Assembly (NCBI GenBank): GCA_030390025.1
Contig: JASTWF010000088.1
Span: 248,001 to 312,000, forward strand
Direction of reading: 5' to 3'
Origin: Squalus acanthias
Taxonomy: Eukaryota
Length of the DNA stretch: 64,000 nt
Positions 24,138-37,293 of the stretch are shown here, in pieces; position 1 is the first letter of the stretch; every line of letters begins with the position of its first letter. Both the position numbers and the translations under genes were made by a program. Under the pieces are notes generated by a model. The model had not been told where the DNA came from and did no database searches. It worked only from the letters and a program-made list of their open reading frames with translations.

Positions 24138-24816
24138 TGGCCCGTAATTTCCGATAGGAGCTTCCTGCGTGTGGATGCCTCCTATCGGGGGAAAAAATCT
24201 ATGCCCTTACCTGAGGGCTCCCGAGGTCCAGACTCTTCTGCTCCTGGGCGCCTCCTGGTGTGCGCGTGATCACATGGGCCAGGCGAGTCAATGGGAGAAG
24301 GGAATCCCCCTTCATACGTTTGACAGAAGTCAAAAGTATGAATGGGATCACTGAAAAAAGACATCAAAACATATTAAAAAATTTTAAAGTCACATTTTTT
24401 AAGAGTTAAAATTGCATTAAATTAAATTTTTTAAAAACTTAATTTTTTGAGAAAAATAATTAGTTTTTTACGGGGCTAAAAATAAACTTTTTAAAGTATT
24501 TTTGAATACTTGAGTATTATAAGTGGGGAAAAAAAATTTAATTTTTTTTTTTAACTCTTATGCTGATAAAAGTAGGTCTTACGCCTGCTTTTACCAGGTA
24601 AGATTTTTAAGGGATTTCAGCAGGCGGAGGTTCTGCAGAAAGTGGAACCATCCATCCGCAGAGGCCCTTCTCCAGGGCAGGCGGAGGATCTGTCGAGGAT
24701 TCTTGACAGATTGGAAGTTCCGGTTTTCAGCGCATGCCTGAAACCGGCACTTGCAAGGTCCCTACGGTTGTGTACACAGCTCGTACACACCCGTAGGGAT
24801 TGGAAATTACGGGCCA
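24138..24816. mobile_element. MITE (non-autonomous DNA transposon, possibly PIF/Harbinger-type) inserted in a CR1 fragment
   Basis: 15-bp TIRs TGGCCCGTAATTTCC / GGAAATTACGGGCCA; AT-rich core; CR1-like sequence resumes on both sides. Confidence 0.7.
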
Positions 24817-24899
24817 ATATTTCAGCTGAGGCCTAACCAGTTATTTAAAGGATTAGCATAACTTTCTTGCTTTTGTACTCTGCCTATAACCTGGTGTTG

Positions 24900-27499
24900 C
24901 TCTTTTTGGTTGACAAATCAAAATTTACTGTAAATCAATTAAAACTTTAAATGAAACTTAATAAATCAAATCAAAATTTGGAAGTCCGGGGTGACGATGC
25001 ACTCCAGCCCCCGCGGCGCCCACCGGTCGCGGAAAAACTCAAGCGTGCCGGCGGACACCGCGTGCTCCATCTCCAGGGCCACCCGGGCGCGAACATGGCC
25101 GCGGAAGAGAGGCAGGCAATCGGGCCGAACGACCCCCTCGACCGCCCGCTGCCTGGACCAATTAATGGCTTTCTTGGCCAGGCCCAGGAGCAGTCCCACG
25201 AGGAGGTCCTCCGACCTACCCGCTCCCCTCCGCACCGGGTGACCGTAGATCAGGAGCGTGGGGCTGAAGTGCAACCAGAAATTGAGGAGCAGCCCCTTCA
25301 AATAATGAAAGAGGGGCTGCAACCTCTCACACTCAATATAAATGTGATAGACGGACTCCTCCAGGCCGCAGAAATGGCAAGCAGCCTGGGAGTCCGTAAA
25401 CCTACTTAAAATCCTATTGCACGGGACTGCTCCGTGCAACACCCTCCAGGCCAAGTCCCCAATAGAACAAGGGAAGACTCTCGCGTAGAGAGCCTTCCAA
25501 TGGGGACCTTCGCCTCCGCCGGACGGCAGGATGGTACGCCAAGGCGTGTCCGGACGGCAGACGAAGATGGCAAAGTGGAGAGTGTGCAGGAGCAGCCCGT
25601 ACAGGAAACGCCTCCGTGCGGATTGAAAGGGCACGGAGGGCATTTCTCCGAGAAGGCTCAAGTGGTGAGGCGGCGGCTCCCGAGGGAGGATTCGGGGCCG
25701 GGCGCCGATAAGGAATTCCGTCCGAACGGGGGTCAGTTCGGACGGGATCGCCCCACGTGCTTGAGCCTCCTCGACACACCTGGTGGAGACGGGGCCCAGT
25801 GCCACTTTTAGCGACTCGATGGCTTTGACCGCGAGCCGGACGTTGACCCAGGACATGCGCCTCGCCAACTCCTCCGGCGCCATCCAGCCCGCTCCTCCGC
25901 CATCGAGCAGGTCCCCGACTCTGGTCACCTTACCGGGCACAGCCCTGCCCTCCGCCAGCCAGCCGAACCCGCGGTCGTGGAGTTGCGGATTCCTGAACAG
26001 CGGCTCCCGAAGGACGGCCGCCGCTCCTGACGGGGGAGAACTGCGCTCGGAGGCGACGCTGTTCCAAACCCATAGCAGTTCCTGGTAGAAGACAGGCAGC
26101 TCCCGCAGGCTGGCACGCGTGCCACCCACTCTCACAAACAGGAGCTGCGTGTCGTAATTGAGGCCGTGCAGCTGGCGGAAGAAATACGTCGCCAGCGCAC
26201 GCCACCTAGGAGGATTCTCCACGTACAGGTATCTCTGCAGCGTCTGAAGACGGAAAGTCGCCGCCTGGGTGCGAAGGCACACCAGCGCCTGACCGCCCCT
26301 CCCTAAGCGGGAGACTCAAAACCGCGGCAGAGACCCAGTGCTTCCTTTTGTCCCAGAAGAAGTCGACGAGCTTCTTCTGCATCTTGGCGACAAACGCAGG
26401 GGGAGGGATCAAAGTGACCAACCGGTACCACAACATGGCGGCCACCAGCTGGTTTATGACCAGCGCTCGACCCCTGTAGGACAACACTCGGAGCAGTCCT
26501 GTCCAGCGCCCTAGGCGAGCGGTGACTTTGGCCTCCAGCTCTTGCCAGTTCGCCGGCCAGGCGTCCTCGGCCGGGCTGAGGTAGACTCCCAGGTAGAGGA
26601 GGTGCGTGGTGCTCCAGGCGAAAGGCCCGAACTCCTCCGGCAGGGAGTCCACCTGCCATGGGCCCACCAGGAGTCCAGAACATTTCTCCCAGTTGATCTT
26701 GGCGGAGGATGCGTCCGAGTAAATCTGCTGGCATTCTCGCATCCTCCGCAAGTCAACGGGATCCGTGACCGCGAGGAGCACGTCATCGGCGTAAGCCGAG
26801 AGGACCACCTCCACACCCGGCCCTTGCAGAGCCAGTCCCGTCAACCTCTTCCGCAAGAGGCGCAGGAAAGGCTCCACGCAAACGGCGTATAACTGACCGG
26901 ACATGGGGCATCCCTGACGCACCCCCCTCCTGAAGCGAAGGGGCGCCGTCAAAGACCCGTTAACTTTAATGAGACACTCCGCGGCGGCGTACAGAAGTCG
27001 GATCCGGGCGACAAAATGCGTCCCGAACCCGAATGCGCGCAGAGTCCCGAAAAGATACTCGTGATCCACCCTGTCGAACGCCTTCTCCTGATCCAGGGAA
27101 AGGAAGGCGACCGACAGACCAGCCCTCTGGGAATGGTGGACCAGGTCCCGGACCAGATGGATGTTATCGTGGATACTCCGGCCCGGGACCGTGTAGGACT
27201 GGTCGGGGTGGATCATGCGGGCCAGCACGGTGCCAAGGCGAGCAGACATAGCCCTGGCGAAAATTTTGTAGTCCGTGCTGAGGAGGGAGACCGGGCGCCA
27301 GTTCTTAAGTAGGCGGAGATCGCCCTTCTTGGGCAGCAGGACGATGACCGCCCTGCGCCAAGAGAGGGGCATCTCCCCGGTCGCCAGACTTTCCCCCAGG
27401 ACCCGCGCGTAGTCGTCCCCCAAGACGTCCCAGAACGCCCTGTGGAACTCCACGGTCAGCCCGTCCAGCCCCGGGGACTTGCCCCTCGAGAGCTGGCGC
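24900..27499 (-). mobile_element. Tx1 copy C, 5'-truncated (RT to 3' end), in intron 3 of MHC IIB
   Basis: Nearly identical to 1388-3988, with one extra C near 26296 causing a frameshift. TSD AACCTGGTGTTG at 24888-24899 and 27500-27511. Confidence 0.93.
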
Positions 27500-27522
27500 A
27501 ACCTGGTGTTGTGCGACTTCTC

Positions 27523-28570
27523 TATTTATAAAGCCAAGGATCCCATATGCGTTTTTTAATAGCCTAATCAACTTGTCCTGCACCTTCAAAGATTTGCGTA
27601 CATACACCTCCAGGTCTCCCTGCGCCCTCTTTAAAATTATACCATCTTTAAAATTATACCATCAGTTCATGTTGCCTCTCCTCGTCTTTGCAAAACTATT
27701 CACTTTACACTTGTTAAATTTTGTCTGCCCATTTCACCAGTCTATGTCCTTCTGAAGTCTGTTACTATGCTCCTCACTGTTTACTGCATTTCCAAACTTT
27801 GTCATCTGCAAACTTTGAAATTATGCCCTGTATACCCAAGTTCAGGTCATTAATACATCAAAGAACAGTAATCCTAATGCTGACCCCTGGGGAACACCAC
27901 TGTATTCTAGCCTCCAGTCTGAAACAACCATTCACCACTACTCTCTGCCATCTGTCCCTTAACCAATTTTGTATCCATGCTGCCACTACCCAATTAATCC
28001 CATGTACTTCAATTTGCTAACAAATCTATTATGTGGTACTTTGTCAAACACCTTTTGCAAGTCTATATACACATCAACTGCACTCAATCAAGTTGGTCAA
28101 ACAATTTGCCTTTAACAAATCCATGCTGGTTGTCATTTATTAATCCATGTTTTTCCAAGTGAATTTATTTTGTCTTGTAGTATTGTCTCCTAAAGTTTCC
28201 CCACCACAGACATTAGGCTGACTGATCTGTAGTTACCTGATTTATTCCCCCTCCTTTCTTTGAACAGGGGTGTAACATTTGCAACCCTCCAGTCCTCTGG
28301 CACCACCCCATATCTAAGGGGATTGGAAGATTGTGACCAGAGCCTCTGCAATTTCCACCCTTGCTTCCTTCAGCAACCTAGGATGCATCCCATACTGACC
28401 GGGTGACCTTTCTACTTTGAAGACTGGCAACCTTTAAGTACCTCCTCTTGATCTATTCTTGTATTACCCAATTTCTCTACTGCCTCCTCCCTTACTGCTA
28501 CATTGGCAGCATCCTCTTTAGTGAAGACGGATTCAAAGTACTCATTTAGTACTTTGGCCATGCCCTCTGC
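27523..28570 (-). mobile_element. Degenerate CR1 LINE (continues 24075-24884; more at about 29110-29810)
   Basis: RT-like remnants (reverse complement of KFADD, GVPQGS, DLQKVFDKVPH); sequence is contiguous across the Tx1 and MITE insertions. Confidence 0.75.
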
Positions 28571-30040
28571 CATATATACTAATTGTCCTTGTACAAATGT
28601 TCCACAGTATTACATTAAATGTCTGACAATTAATACAACCGGATCTTCCCACAAATTCCAAGATAATCAGACTTGACCATCGTGGGCTGCCTCAAGGCAA
28701 GGAACTTCCGACTGTCCCAAGACCGCTCTAACTTTTGGGAGGGATCTTTATACTATTTGGCTACCTTGGGCTGCACGTACACGCCCTCTTCTAGTCATAA
28801 TCTGACTCTGGGTGGCCATCACCCCATCTCTCATCTTGGCTGGAGACACTGTACCTCTCAGGAATGCGTAAGACTGTTCTCAAAGTGCCAGTTATTTTAT
28901 GGCCTTGGATCCTGCCTTCAAATACATCAAGTAAGAGTAGTTTCCCATGTTGGGTATGTGGGTCTCCTCGCAGCCAGTTTTCTTATCTTGGTAAGGGTTA
29001 CCTCTTGACCTGGGAGTTGCAGCTAAGGGATTTCAGAATTCCGTCTCTTAGCTTCTTTGTTCATAAATGGGGACAAGATTCAATCCCCACCCCCTCCCTC
29101 CACATTCACTCTCTGGCTAAAATGTTAATGCAAAGCCAGCATGGATTCTTGACCATTTAAACCACTGTAAAACATTCTAACACTTCCCTGGTACCCACAA
29201 CCTTTGTCATGCTCTCTCTATTTCCCCTCATTTTCCTTTTTCAGTTCTCCTCTGCACTTTCTGTATTCTGCTGGGTTCTCCACAGATTATGTATCTGACA
29301 TTTTACCATAAGCCTCCTGTTTCTCTCATTTTAACCTTTCTATCTTTAGTCATCAGAGAGCTCTAGCTTTGGATGATCTTCCTTTTCCCCCTGGTGGGAA
29401 TGTCTATTCTGTACCCTGAACTATCTCCACTTTGAAGGCCTCCCATTGCTCATTTACTATTTTACCAGCCAATCTGTGATTCTAATCCACCTGGGCTAGA
29501 TCCCTTTTCAACTCACTGAAATTAGCCCTCTTTCAGTTGAGTATTTTAACCTTTGTCCCTTGTCCTTTTACTCTAAACCTGATATTGTGATCGCTGTTTC
29601 CTAAATGCTCCCCCACTGAAACATGCTCCCACTTGCCCCACTTCATTCCCCAGAACTAGATCTAGCACCAGATCCTTCCTTTGTTGGGCTGGAAACATGC
29701 TGATCGAGAATATTCTCTTGTACACATTTCAGGAATTCCTCCACCTCCTTTCCTTTACACTGTTACTATCCCAGTCTATATTAGGATAATTGATGTCCCC
29801 CATTATCAGTGCTGTATTTGTCTGATTACCTGTTCACTCTGCTCTGTACATTAGTAATTCAGTGACAATGCAACAGTGGAAACAAAGTTCTAGTGTAATT
29901 ATCATTAACTTACTGTGGCTTTCTGATCAAACAAACTAGAGTATACATTTGTACCTTCTCTGGATTCAGTTCTTCAGTGTTATAGCTCCAGGCTCATTGT
30001 GTTTCAATAATGCTGCTATAATGCCTGTTTCACTTGGTAG

Positions 30041-30157
30041 AAGTACAGAGCACACCTGAATCGGAGAGAACCAAGATCATCATTGGAAGCCTGGGCTTTG
30101 GGTTTGGGCTGATCATCCTGCTGGCTGGAGTGATAATGAGGCTGAAGAATGCTAAAG
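30041..30157 (+). CDS. MHC class II beta exon 4 (connecting peptide + TM)
   Basis: (E)VQSTPESERTKIIIGSLGFGFGLIILLAGVIMRLKNAK; class II beta glycine pattern; phase 1-1. Confidence 0.92.
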
Positions 30158-30977
30158 GTGAGGTTCTGTTCCTGTCTGAGGAATACAGGGTACTCCAGCC
30201 CTCAGACTGCTGTCTGTGCCTGGGGCTCATGGTGCCCTCAAGCAGTCTATAAGCTGCATTCATATTGCACTATATATAAAAAAGCTCAGGCTGATGGCTG
30301 GGAATACCCAGATAATTAATTTAAAAAGTGAGCTGGATGTGTAATGAACCGTTATAGTAACCCAGGTTATAACAGTGCAGGGCCATCCATGCAGTATCCC
30401 CACTAACAGCCATGTTTCCTGTATTCTACAGATTTAAAGCCCATCTTTCCAAGGCCCTGACGGGATGAAATTGCAATGTAACCAGACACGAACAGGCTCA
30501 TTAAAAATGCTGCAGTCCAGTAACTGCTACTGATTCTGACAGCGTTTCAGTGAATGAGAAATGGAGCACAGGCAGTGATAGAAGTTCACTGAGCAGGTTA
30601 GGTGCAGGGGAAATGGGGGGCCTGAATTAAATAGTGTTCAGGATAAAACACTTAATGCTGCAAACACATGGCTTGTGAATTTGACTAGGAGTGCCCTGGG
30701 TAGCATTAGTGTGAAAGCAGTTGTGAATCCTGTCTACACTTCCCCTGCCACACTTTCTAAATGTTGGATAGGTATGGGGTGCTGATTAATTTTAGTATTA
30801 AGAAAATCAGGACTGCTCCAAATCAGTCTCGCTGACCTCTGCTTGATCGGTGCTCCCATTGAGCAAGACTCCTAATAGGCGGAGTCTCATTTACCCATGT
30901 TCAATGCATTAACTGACTAACTGGTGCTCCATGAGGCTTGATCTTACTCTACTGACCATGTTTACTTTCTCTTTCAG

Positions 30978-31007
30978 CTATCCTGGATTCCAGCAATCAC
31001 GGCCCAC
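30978..31007 (+). CDS. MHC class II beta exon 5 (cytoplasmic)
   Basis: TTTCAG|(A)ILDSSNHGP|GTAAGT, 30 nt, in frame. Confidence 0.85.
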
Positions 31008-31570
31008 GTAAGTATCCCAGCAGGAAGATTATTTTTAGATCTATTGGTGTGGCAGCGGATGCTCTCTAAAATGAGGAGTGTCAGTTCTGACTAATACAAC
31101 GTTTTTTATCATAACATCCAGAGTGCCTGGGGCAGGTACAGCATGGGTTAGATAGAGTAAAGCTTCACTCTGCTCTGTCCCCAACAAGCACTGACTGGGA
31201 ACTGGATTGAGCCTGCCCCAAACCCATTTCATATGGGATCGCTGCTGCTGGTCAAGATTACACTCGCATCGAGGGGATGAAAGTTTGTGTAGGTGAAAGC
31301 CAGTGCACGAAGCCTCTTGCACCAGTCCCATCTCTGCAGAAATGAGTGGTTGGGGAGCTGTGGAGATTGTTTCCCAACCCTGAACTATCCAGGACCCTCA
31401 TGTCACAGACTGATCAATTAGCATCTGTCTCTCTGACACATCATGAGATCTTAGTCTAGGTTTTCCTATTGCTGCAATGGTGGCCCCTGACGACCCCCCA
31501 CCCCACCTGATATTTCCAGTCTTGTGTTCGTTTCCATGATTTTGGCAGCCTCCCTGGCTTCCCCTCATTG

Positions 31571-31834
31571 TTGTACAACTCCAGCCCATTGCACCAGTGT
31601 GCATTATACAACTCCAGTCCATTGCACCAGTGTGTGAATTATACAACTCCAGCCCATTGCACCAGAGTGTGTATTATACAACTCCAGCCCATTGCACCAG
31701 AGTGTGCATTATACAACTCCAGCCCATTGCACCAGTGTGTGCATTATACAACTCCAGCCCATTGCACCAGTGTGTGTATTATACAACTCCAGCCCATTGC
31801 ACCAGAGTGTGTATTATACAACTCCAGCCCATTG
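31571..31834. repeat. 33-35 bp minisatellite (TACAACTCCAGCCCATTGCACCAG.GTGTG.ATTA), about 8 copies
   Basis: Directly visible. Confidence 0.95.
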
Positions 31835-31985
31835 CTATTTGCCCACTGAGGTTAATCGCAGGCTGGCCATGTGCAGCGTGATGATTCACGTTCAGTGTGT
31901 GCTGGGAGTGCAGAGATGACACGTTCCCTGGAGCTCTCCTGTCTGGGCCCTGTGCTTTCTAACCCGGGTAACCTTTGTGTTTCAG

Positions 31986-32011
31986 GTCTGATGGGTCCAG
32001 CCCTCAGTTAA
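31986..32011 (+). CDS. MHC class II beta exon 6 (C-terminus RLMGPALS*)
   Basis: TTTCAG|GT CTG ATG GGT CCA GCC CTC AGT TAA. Candidate ATTAAA poly(A) signal at 32689. Confidence 0.85.
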
Positions 32012-32300
32012 GTGACCCCCTCACAAGGATTTGATCTGAGATATCGGAATGACAGACAGGATTAAACAGCTTTAAAATGCTCCTTCACTGCTTCCTCTGA
32101 CTCGGTATCAGACGTGACTACGGCTCGCTGGGTGCAAGGCTACTTGACCTTGGCTTTTCATTGTTTGAGATTAAATTTGTGATGTTGCAGGAGATCTTTA
32201 CACTGCAGCTTGTTTATCATGCTAAATACACACCTAAAAACAGGGGTATGATCAGTATGCAGCTTACTGTCATCTGGGTCCTGACCAGTGACTAACCCTC

Positions 32301-32498
32301 CCCCAGTACAGGTATCGGTGCAGACTTTAGGGTGTAGCTCTGATCAGCGTGGACTCCCAGTACAAATGATGCAGGTATCTGTGCAGGGTGTAGCACTGAT
32401 CAGCGTGGACTCTCCCAGTACAAATGATGCAGGTATCAGTGCAGGGTGTAGCTCTGATCAGCGTGGCCTCCCAGTACAAATGATGCAGGTATCTGCAG
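32301..32498. repeat. About 57-bp tandem repeat (about 3.5 copies) in the putative 3' UTR
   Basis: CCCAGTACAAATGATGCAGGTATC.GTGCAGGGTGTAGC.CTGATCAGCGTGG units. Confidence 0.85.
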
Positions 32499-33103
32499 AT
32501 CTGATTGAGTCTTGCCTGTTTAACATTTGCGTGTCTGTCCATTCAGTCTTGTTGTAAATGTTTTGAAAACTACATATTTTTAATTCTCAGGTTCTCTAGA
32601 TTTTATATCTAAATGATTTGATGCAAATTTTGATTTAATAACCTTTTAATGATCTTTGGTGAATTTCTGTCATAGTGGAATCAGTTTGATTAAAGACCTT
32701 TGTACTTGGGACTCCTGCTGTTGGTCCTTCACTGTCACACTCACCATTCTCACACACATCAAATCACACACTTACTGTCACTCACAGCTCCCACACTCAC
32801 CAGTTTGAGGGGCATATTCATTCCTAATTATTCAACTTTAGGGATGTTACAAAGTGTCTGGGGAGGTGCAGACACTGTCCTTTCACCTTTTCTGCTGACA
32901 ATAGGGGGTTGATGTGAATTGAGTATGGGTCATCTGAGCCCAGCTCCTGGTGTGCACACCTCTATACTGGCCATCCCATGGTGTATGAGCTGTTGCAGGG
33001 CAGAGACTGGGTATTTTGCAATGAGTGGCTAACACTCTAACCCTCAAAGCCTCTCCACCAGGCAAAAGTCAGGAGTGCAACAGAATATTGACAGAATACT
33101 CAC

Positions 33104-33387
33104 CTGGGTAGTGTTGTAGCCTCAAGGCTGAACACCATTCGCCGCACTGCAGTGTGCTCGATTAGTGCCCAACACTTGATTCAATGCAAATATAGCTGGT
33201 TAGCAGAGTAACCATGGGAGCCAGACTGGGGCAAAGTGTCACCTGTTGGAAATTGCACCATGTGTATTTAATTCAGCCTAGCCCCTCACTGTCTATTAGA
33301 ATGGTGACAGAGATACTGGTTACCCCAACTGATTCACTGTCTCCACCATTTCACGACAGCTGTAGACGTATCTCAGGACTGAGACAG
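33104..33387 (-). pseudogene. Degenerate class II beta-1-like exon (pseudogene 1)
   Basis: TCTCTAG acceptor and CAG|GTGAGT donor. (A)VSVLRYVYSC has Cys at position 11, as in exon 2. DSEGLG*IKYTWCNFQQV aligns ungapped with DQELISYYDYKRKKFIVV. Stops and frameshifts present. Confidence 0.5.
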
Positions 33388-34164
33388 CTAGAGAATAACC
33401 ATACACATGGAGGTGGTGTACAAATAATGACTGAGCATTGGTCCAACTACCCAGAGATTTACCTTCTCTCTCATGGGAGTGTCTACTGGTACAGGCTGAC
33501 ACTGACACTCATTGAATAACCATTTCCTGAACTGAGGAGGGGCGACAGGTGCAGACTGACAGTCACTCATTGAATAACCATCTCACTGAGCCCATTGGCT
33601 GGTACAGACAGTGACAGTATCACTCATTGCACAACAGGCTCCTGAGCCCATGGAGGGTCTACAGGTACAGGCTGATGCTGACCACGTGTATATGAATTGA
33701 GTCAGCTCCCTCTGAATTTCCAGTTGGATGTGACTAATCTCAGGTAAATCAAGAAAAGTCTGTACTAGAAGAGTCACCAAGCAAAAGCTCTGGGTGATGA
33801 CTGGACTGCTCCAGTTTGTGTGATGAGAATTGTTTATTGGACAGGCCTGACTGAGGTGCCTGAGCCCTGTTTAAATAACACCTGTAGAACCTGTCTCAAA
33901 GAGCACGTAACTGGAGTGCCCAGCAAAGGTTGTGCTGAACTCTTCACTTCCTCACTAGCTCAAGGTGAGCACTGCCTGATCAAGCACTCCAAGGCCACCT
34001 ATAGTATGGGTCACCTAGGGTAAAGTCCCAAACACTCCCCCAGCAGATCGAGATCCCTAGCCTAGCACAGAGCATTACATGGAATTACAACACAAACAGG
34101 CTGTTCTGCCCAAGCAGTCTCTGTTTGTCTTTCCCCTCCACAGTCACCTGACTCAGTTTCAGCT

Positions 34165-37145
34165 CCTAATCATACCTATGGTCTGGGTGCGAAGCATCAG
34201 CTGTTACCTGAGACCCCATGTATGCAGGTAATACCACCAAGGGGCAGTATGTAGATGAGAAATAGGAGGAGGCCAAGGATATATCCAGGGGATTTGGGGG
34301 TGGGTGGGAAGAGCAGCCATTGCTGGAGAGGCTCTGCCAGGGCAGGTAAGTTTTGATGAGCTGAAGTTTGAGGGGTGGGGGTGGAGGATGGGATGGTAGC
34401 CAGGAGAATACTGGAATAGTCGAATCTGGAGGTAACACAAGCATGAATGAGGGTTTCAGTGGTAGATGGGATGAAGTAGGGGTGCAAGCAGGCATTGTTG
34501 TGGAGGTAAGCAGTCTTTGTGATGGAGGGAAAATGGGGTCAGAAGCTCAGCTCAGGGTCAAATCGAACGCCCTGGTCACAAACAGCCTGGTTCAACCTGA
34601 GACGGGCCAGGGAGAGGGATGGAATCAGTGACAAGGGTTCAGAGATTTTGGTCTTCCCAATATTTAGCAGGAGGAAATTGCTGCTGATCCAAGACTGGAT
34701 GTTCGACAAGCAGTGTGACAACAAATAAACAGAGGCAGTGGAGGTTGAGAGATGTGTCGGTGAGGTAGATCTGGGTCTCGTCAGTGTATATGTTGAAGTT
34801 GGCCCCATTCCTGCAGATGATGTAGATAAGGAAGACAGGGTGAAGGATGCATTCTTGAGGCAACCGTGGGGACATGAAAAATAAGCCATTGCTGAAGATT
34901 CTTTAGCTTTGATCAGATAGGCAAGAGTGGAACTAAGTGAGGGCAGTCCAACTGAGCTGGACAGCGGAGGGGAGGCATTGAATTAAGATGGTTTAGTTAA
35001 TTATGTCATAGGCTAAAGAGAGGTTGAGGAGGGATAGTGCACCCTGGTCATAGGCAAGAGGATGCCATTTATGAATTTGGTAAGGGCTGTTTCAATGCTA
35101 TGACAAGGGTGAAAATCTGATTGGACGGATTCAAACATGGAGCTGCAGGAAAGATGGGAATGGATTTGAGCGGCGACCACACACGCAAGGACTTGAGAGG
35201 AAAGGGAGGTTGGAGATGGGTCAGTAGTTTGCAGCAGGGTCAAGGGTGTATTTTTTGAAGAGTGGGGGTGATAATGGCACATTTGAAGGGAAGGGGGACA
35301 GTACCTGAGGGGAGAAAGCCATTAACAATATCAGCTAACATAGGGGTCAGGAAGGGAAGTTGGGTGGTCAGCAGTTTAGAAACATAGAAACATAGAATCT
35401 AGGAGCAGGAGTAGGCCATTCGGCCCGTCGAGCCTGCTCCACCATTCAATACGATCATGGCTGATCATCCAAATCCAGTACCCTGTCCCTGCTTTAATCC
35501 CCACAGTACACATATCCCACCCTACCCCTGTAACCCCACGTATTTAATTCCCCCTAACATATCCCATCCTATCCCCATAACCCCACATATTTAATCCCCC
35601 CCTAACACTAAGGGTCAATTTATCATAGCCAAATCAACCTAACCCGCACATTTTTGGACTGTGGGAGGAAACCGGAGCACCCGGAGGAAACCCACGCAGA
35701 CACGGGGAGAATGTGCAAACTCCACACAGACAGTCACCCGAGGTCAGATTCGAACCCGGGTCTCTGGCGCTGTGAGGCACCAGTGCTAACCACTATGCCA
35801 CCGTGCTGTGTTTAGTAGGAATGGGGTCAAGGGAGCAGGAGGTGGGTTTCTTGGACAAGATAAACTTGGAGAGGACAGGAGGGGAGATAGAGAAACTAAA
35901 GAAAGATGAAAGAGCCTGGGGGAGGTTTGGCCGGGTGAGCTAGGGGAAGGGAGGAAAGCAGCAGACGCAGCTGAATGGATGGTCTCAATCTTGGTGACAA
36001 AGAAGTCCATGAGCTCCTCTCACTTGTTGTTGGAGATGAGGGTGGAGTGAACAGGGCAGAGGAGTTTAAAGAGATATTTTGTGGTGGAGAAATGTAGTTG
36101 ATGGTTATCTTTGCTCTCCAGGATAGTGAGCAGTTCTGGCTTAGGGGAGAGAGGCCCGATAGTATGCGATGTGGTCCAGCCAGATCTGGTGGTGATGGTT
36201 AAACCAGTTGTGTGCCAGGTATGCTGAAATGTGTGACCATAGACTTGAGCGAACAAAGATCAGGGTTGGGAGAGAGTAAAGGTTTCACTGGGGGACGAGG
36301 GCATTAAAGGTGTAGGTGAGGGAGTGGTTAGACAGAATGACAGCTGCAGAACTATCATGATGAAAAGAGGGCTACAGGCTAGACAGTTGGTAGATTGTAA
36401 GTGATTTGGGGGAAAGCTTTTTCCAGGGATAGATGTAGAAGGAAGTGGGTTGGCAGAGGTGAGTAGTGAGGGATATAAGGAAGTGGTCAGAGATGGCCTC
36501 ATCTATGGGAGTAGAGAGGCCAGTGGAGATGGCAACTTCAAGAGGGTGGCTGTGAATATGGGTAGGAGAGTTTATATGGAGGGAGAGATTAAGGGTGGAC
36601 AGGAGGTCAGTGAACTCAGGAGGGAGAGCAGGGTGAGTGGAGATGGAGGTTGAATTCACTGAGGATGAGGAGTCATTCAGTGCAGAGGCTGTGGGAGGCA
36701 AGGATTGAGGATACCTTGGTGAGAAACTCGAGGAGGGGCTGGGGGGGTGGTCGACAGCGAGGACTTTAAAGCAGAGGTGGAACAAGATGACGTGCTCGAA
36801 GGAGAAGAAGGTATCAGAGGAGTAGAGGAAAGACAAGTGTGACTTGGTGATAAGGGCCACACCGCCACTGTGGCGGTCTGGGCGGGGCAGGTGGTGGAAG
36901 GTATAGTCCGGCAGGGAGGCTTCATTAAGGGGGAAGGTGTGGTCACCCGTGAGCCAAGTTTCTGTCAAGGCCATGATGTCGATGCAATCATCCACAATAC
37001 GGTCCTGGATGGCAAGGGCCTTGTTCACAGGTGAATGGACTTTCTGGAGGGAGATACGGAGAGGGGCGGTGATTGTTAATCCACGGGCAGAGGCAAGGGT
37101 GAGTTGGGTAAGCAGGACAGGAGAAGGTCATTGAGGATAGCCCCT
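34165..37145 (-). mobile_element. Degenerate L2-clade-like LINE
   Basis: MALTETWL and GGVALI (APE), FHPCHSIETAL, LIHACVTSRFDYS remnants. Confidence 0.75.
35379..35809 (-). mobile_element. HE1/V-SINE-type tRNA SINE
   Basis: tRNA head with GTTCGAAT B box, central GGGTTTCCTCCGGGTGCTCCGGTTTCCTCCC domain and CR1-derived tail; near-identical to 43426-43824. Confidence 0.8.
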
Positions 37146-37293
37146 AGCGATGGGCGGCAAGGTCAGTGCGAGAGGGGGATGGGACAGTTGGGGTACAGTG
37201 TCCATATACAACGTCAAACAACTCTATACAACTCTGAAAATGGTCTTTAACTGCAAAAGCTGGTTTATTGCAAGTATAGCCCCTCCCCCACAC

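Noticed and set aside
28590-29100. Possible solo LTR (also about 17860-18330)
   Set aside because: TATA/poly(A)-like motifs are present, but no clear TG...CA termini or TSD could be identified.
32801-32990. AG/GT-bounded minus-strand segment as the beta-2 exon of pseudogene 1
   Set aside because: No Ig C1 motifs in any frame, and the length is wrong.
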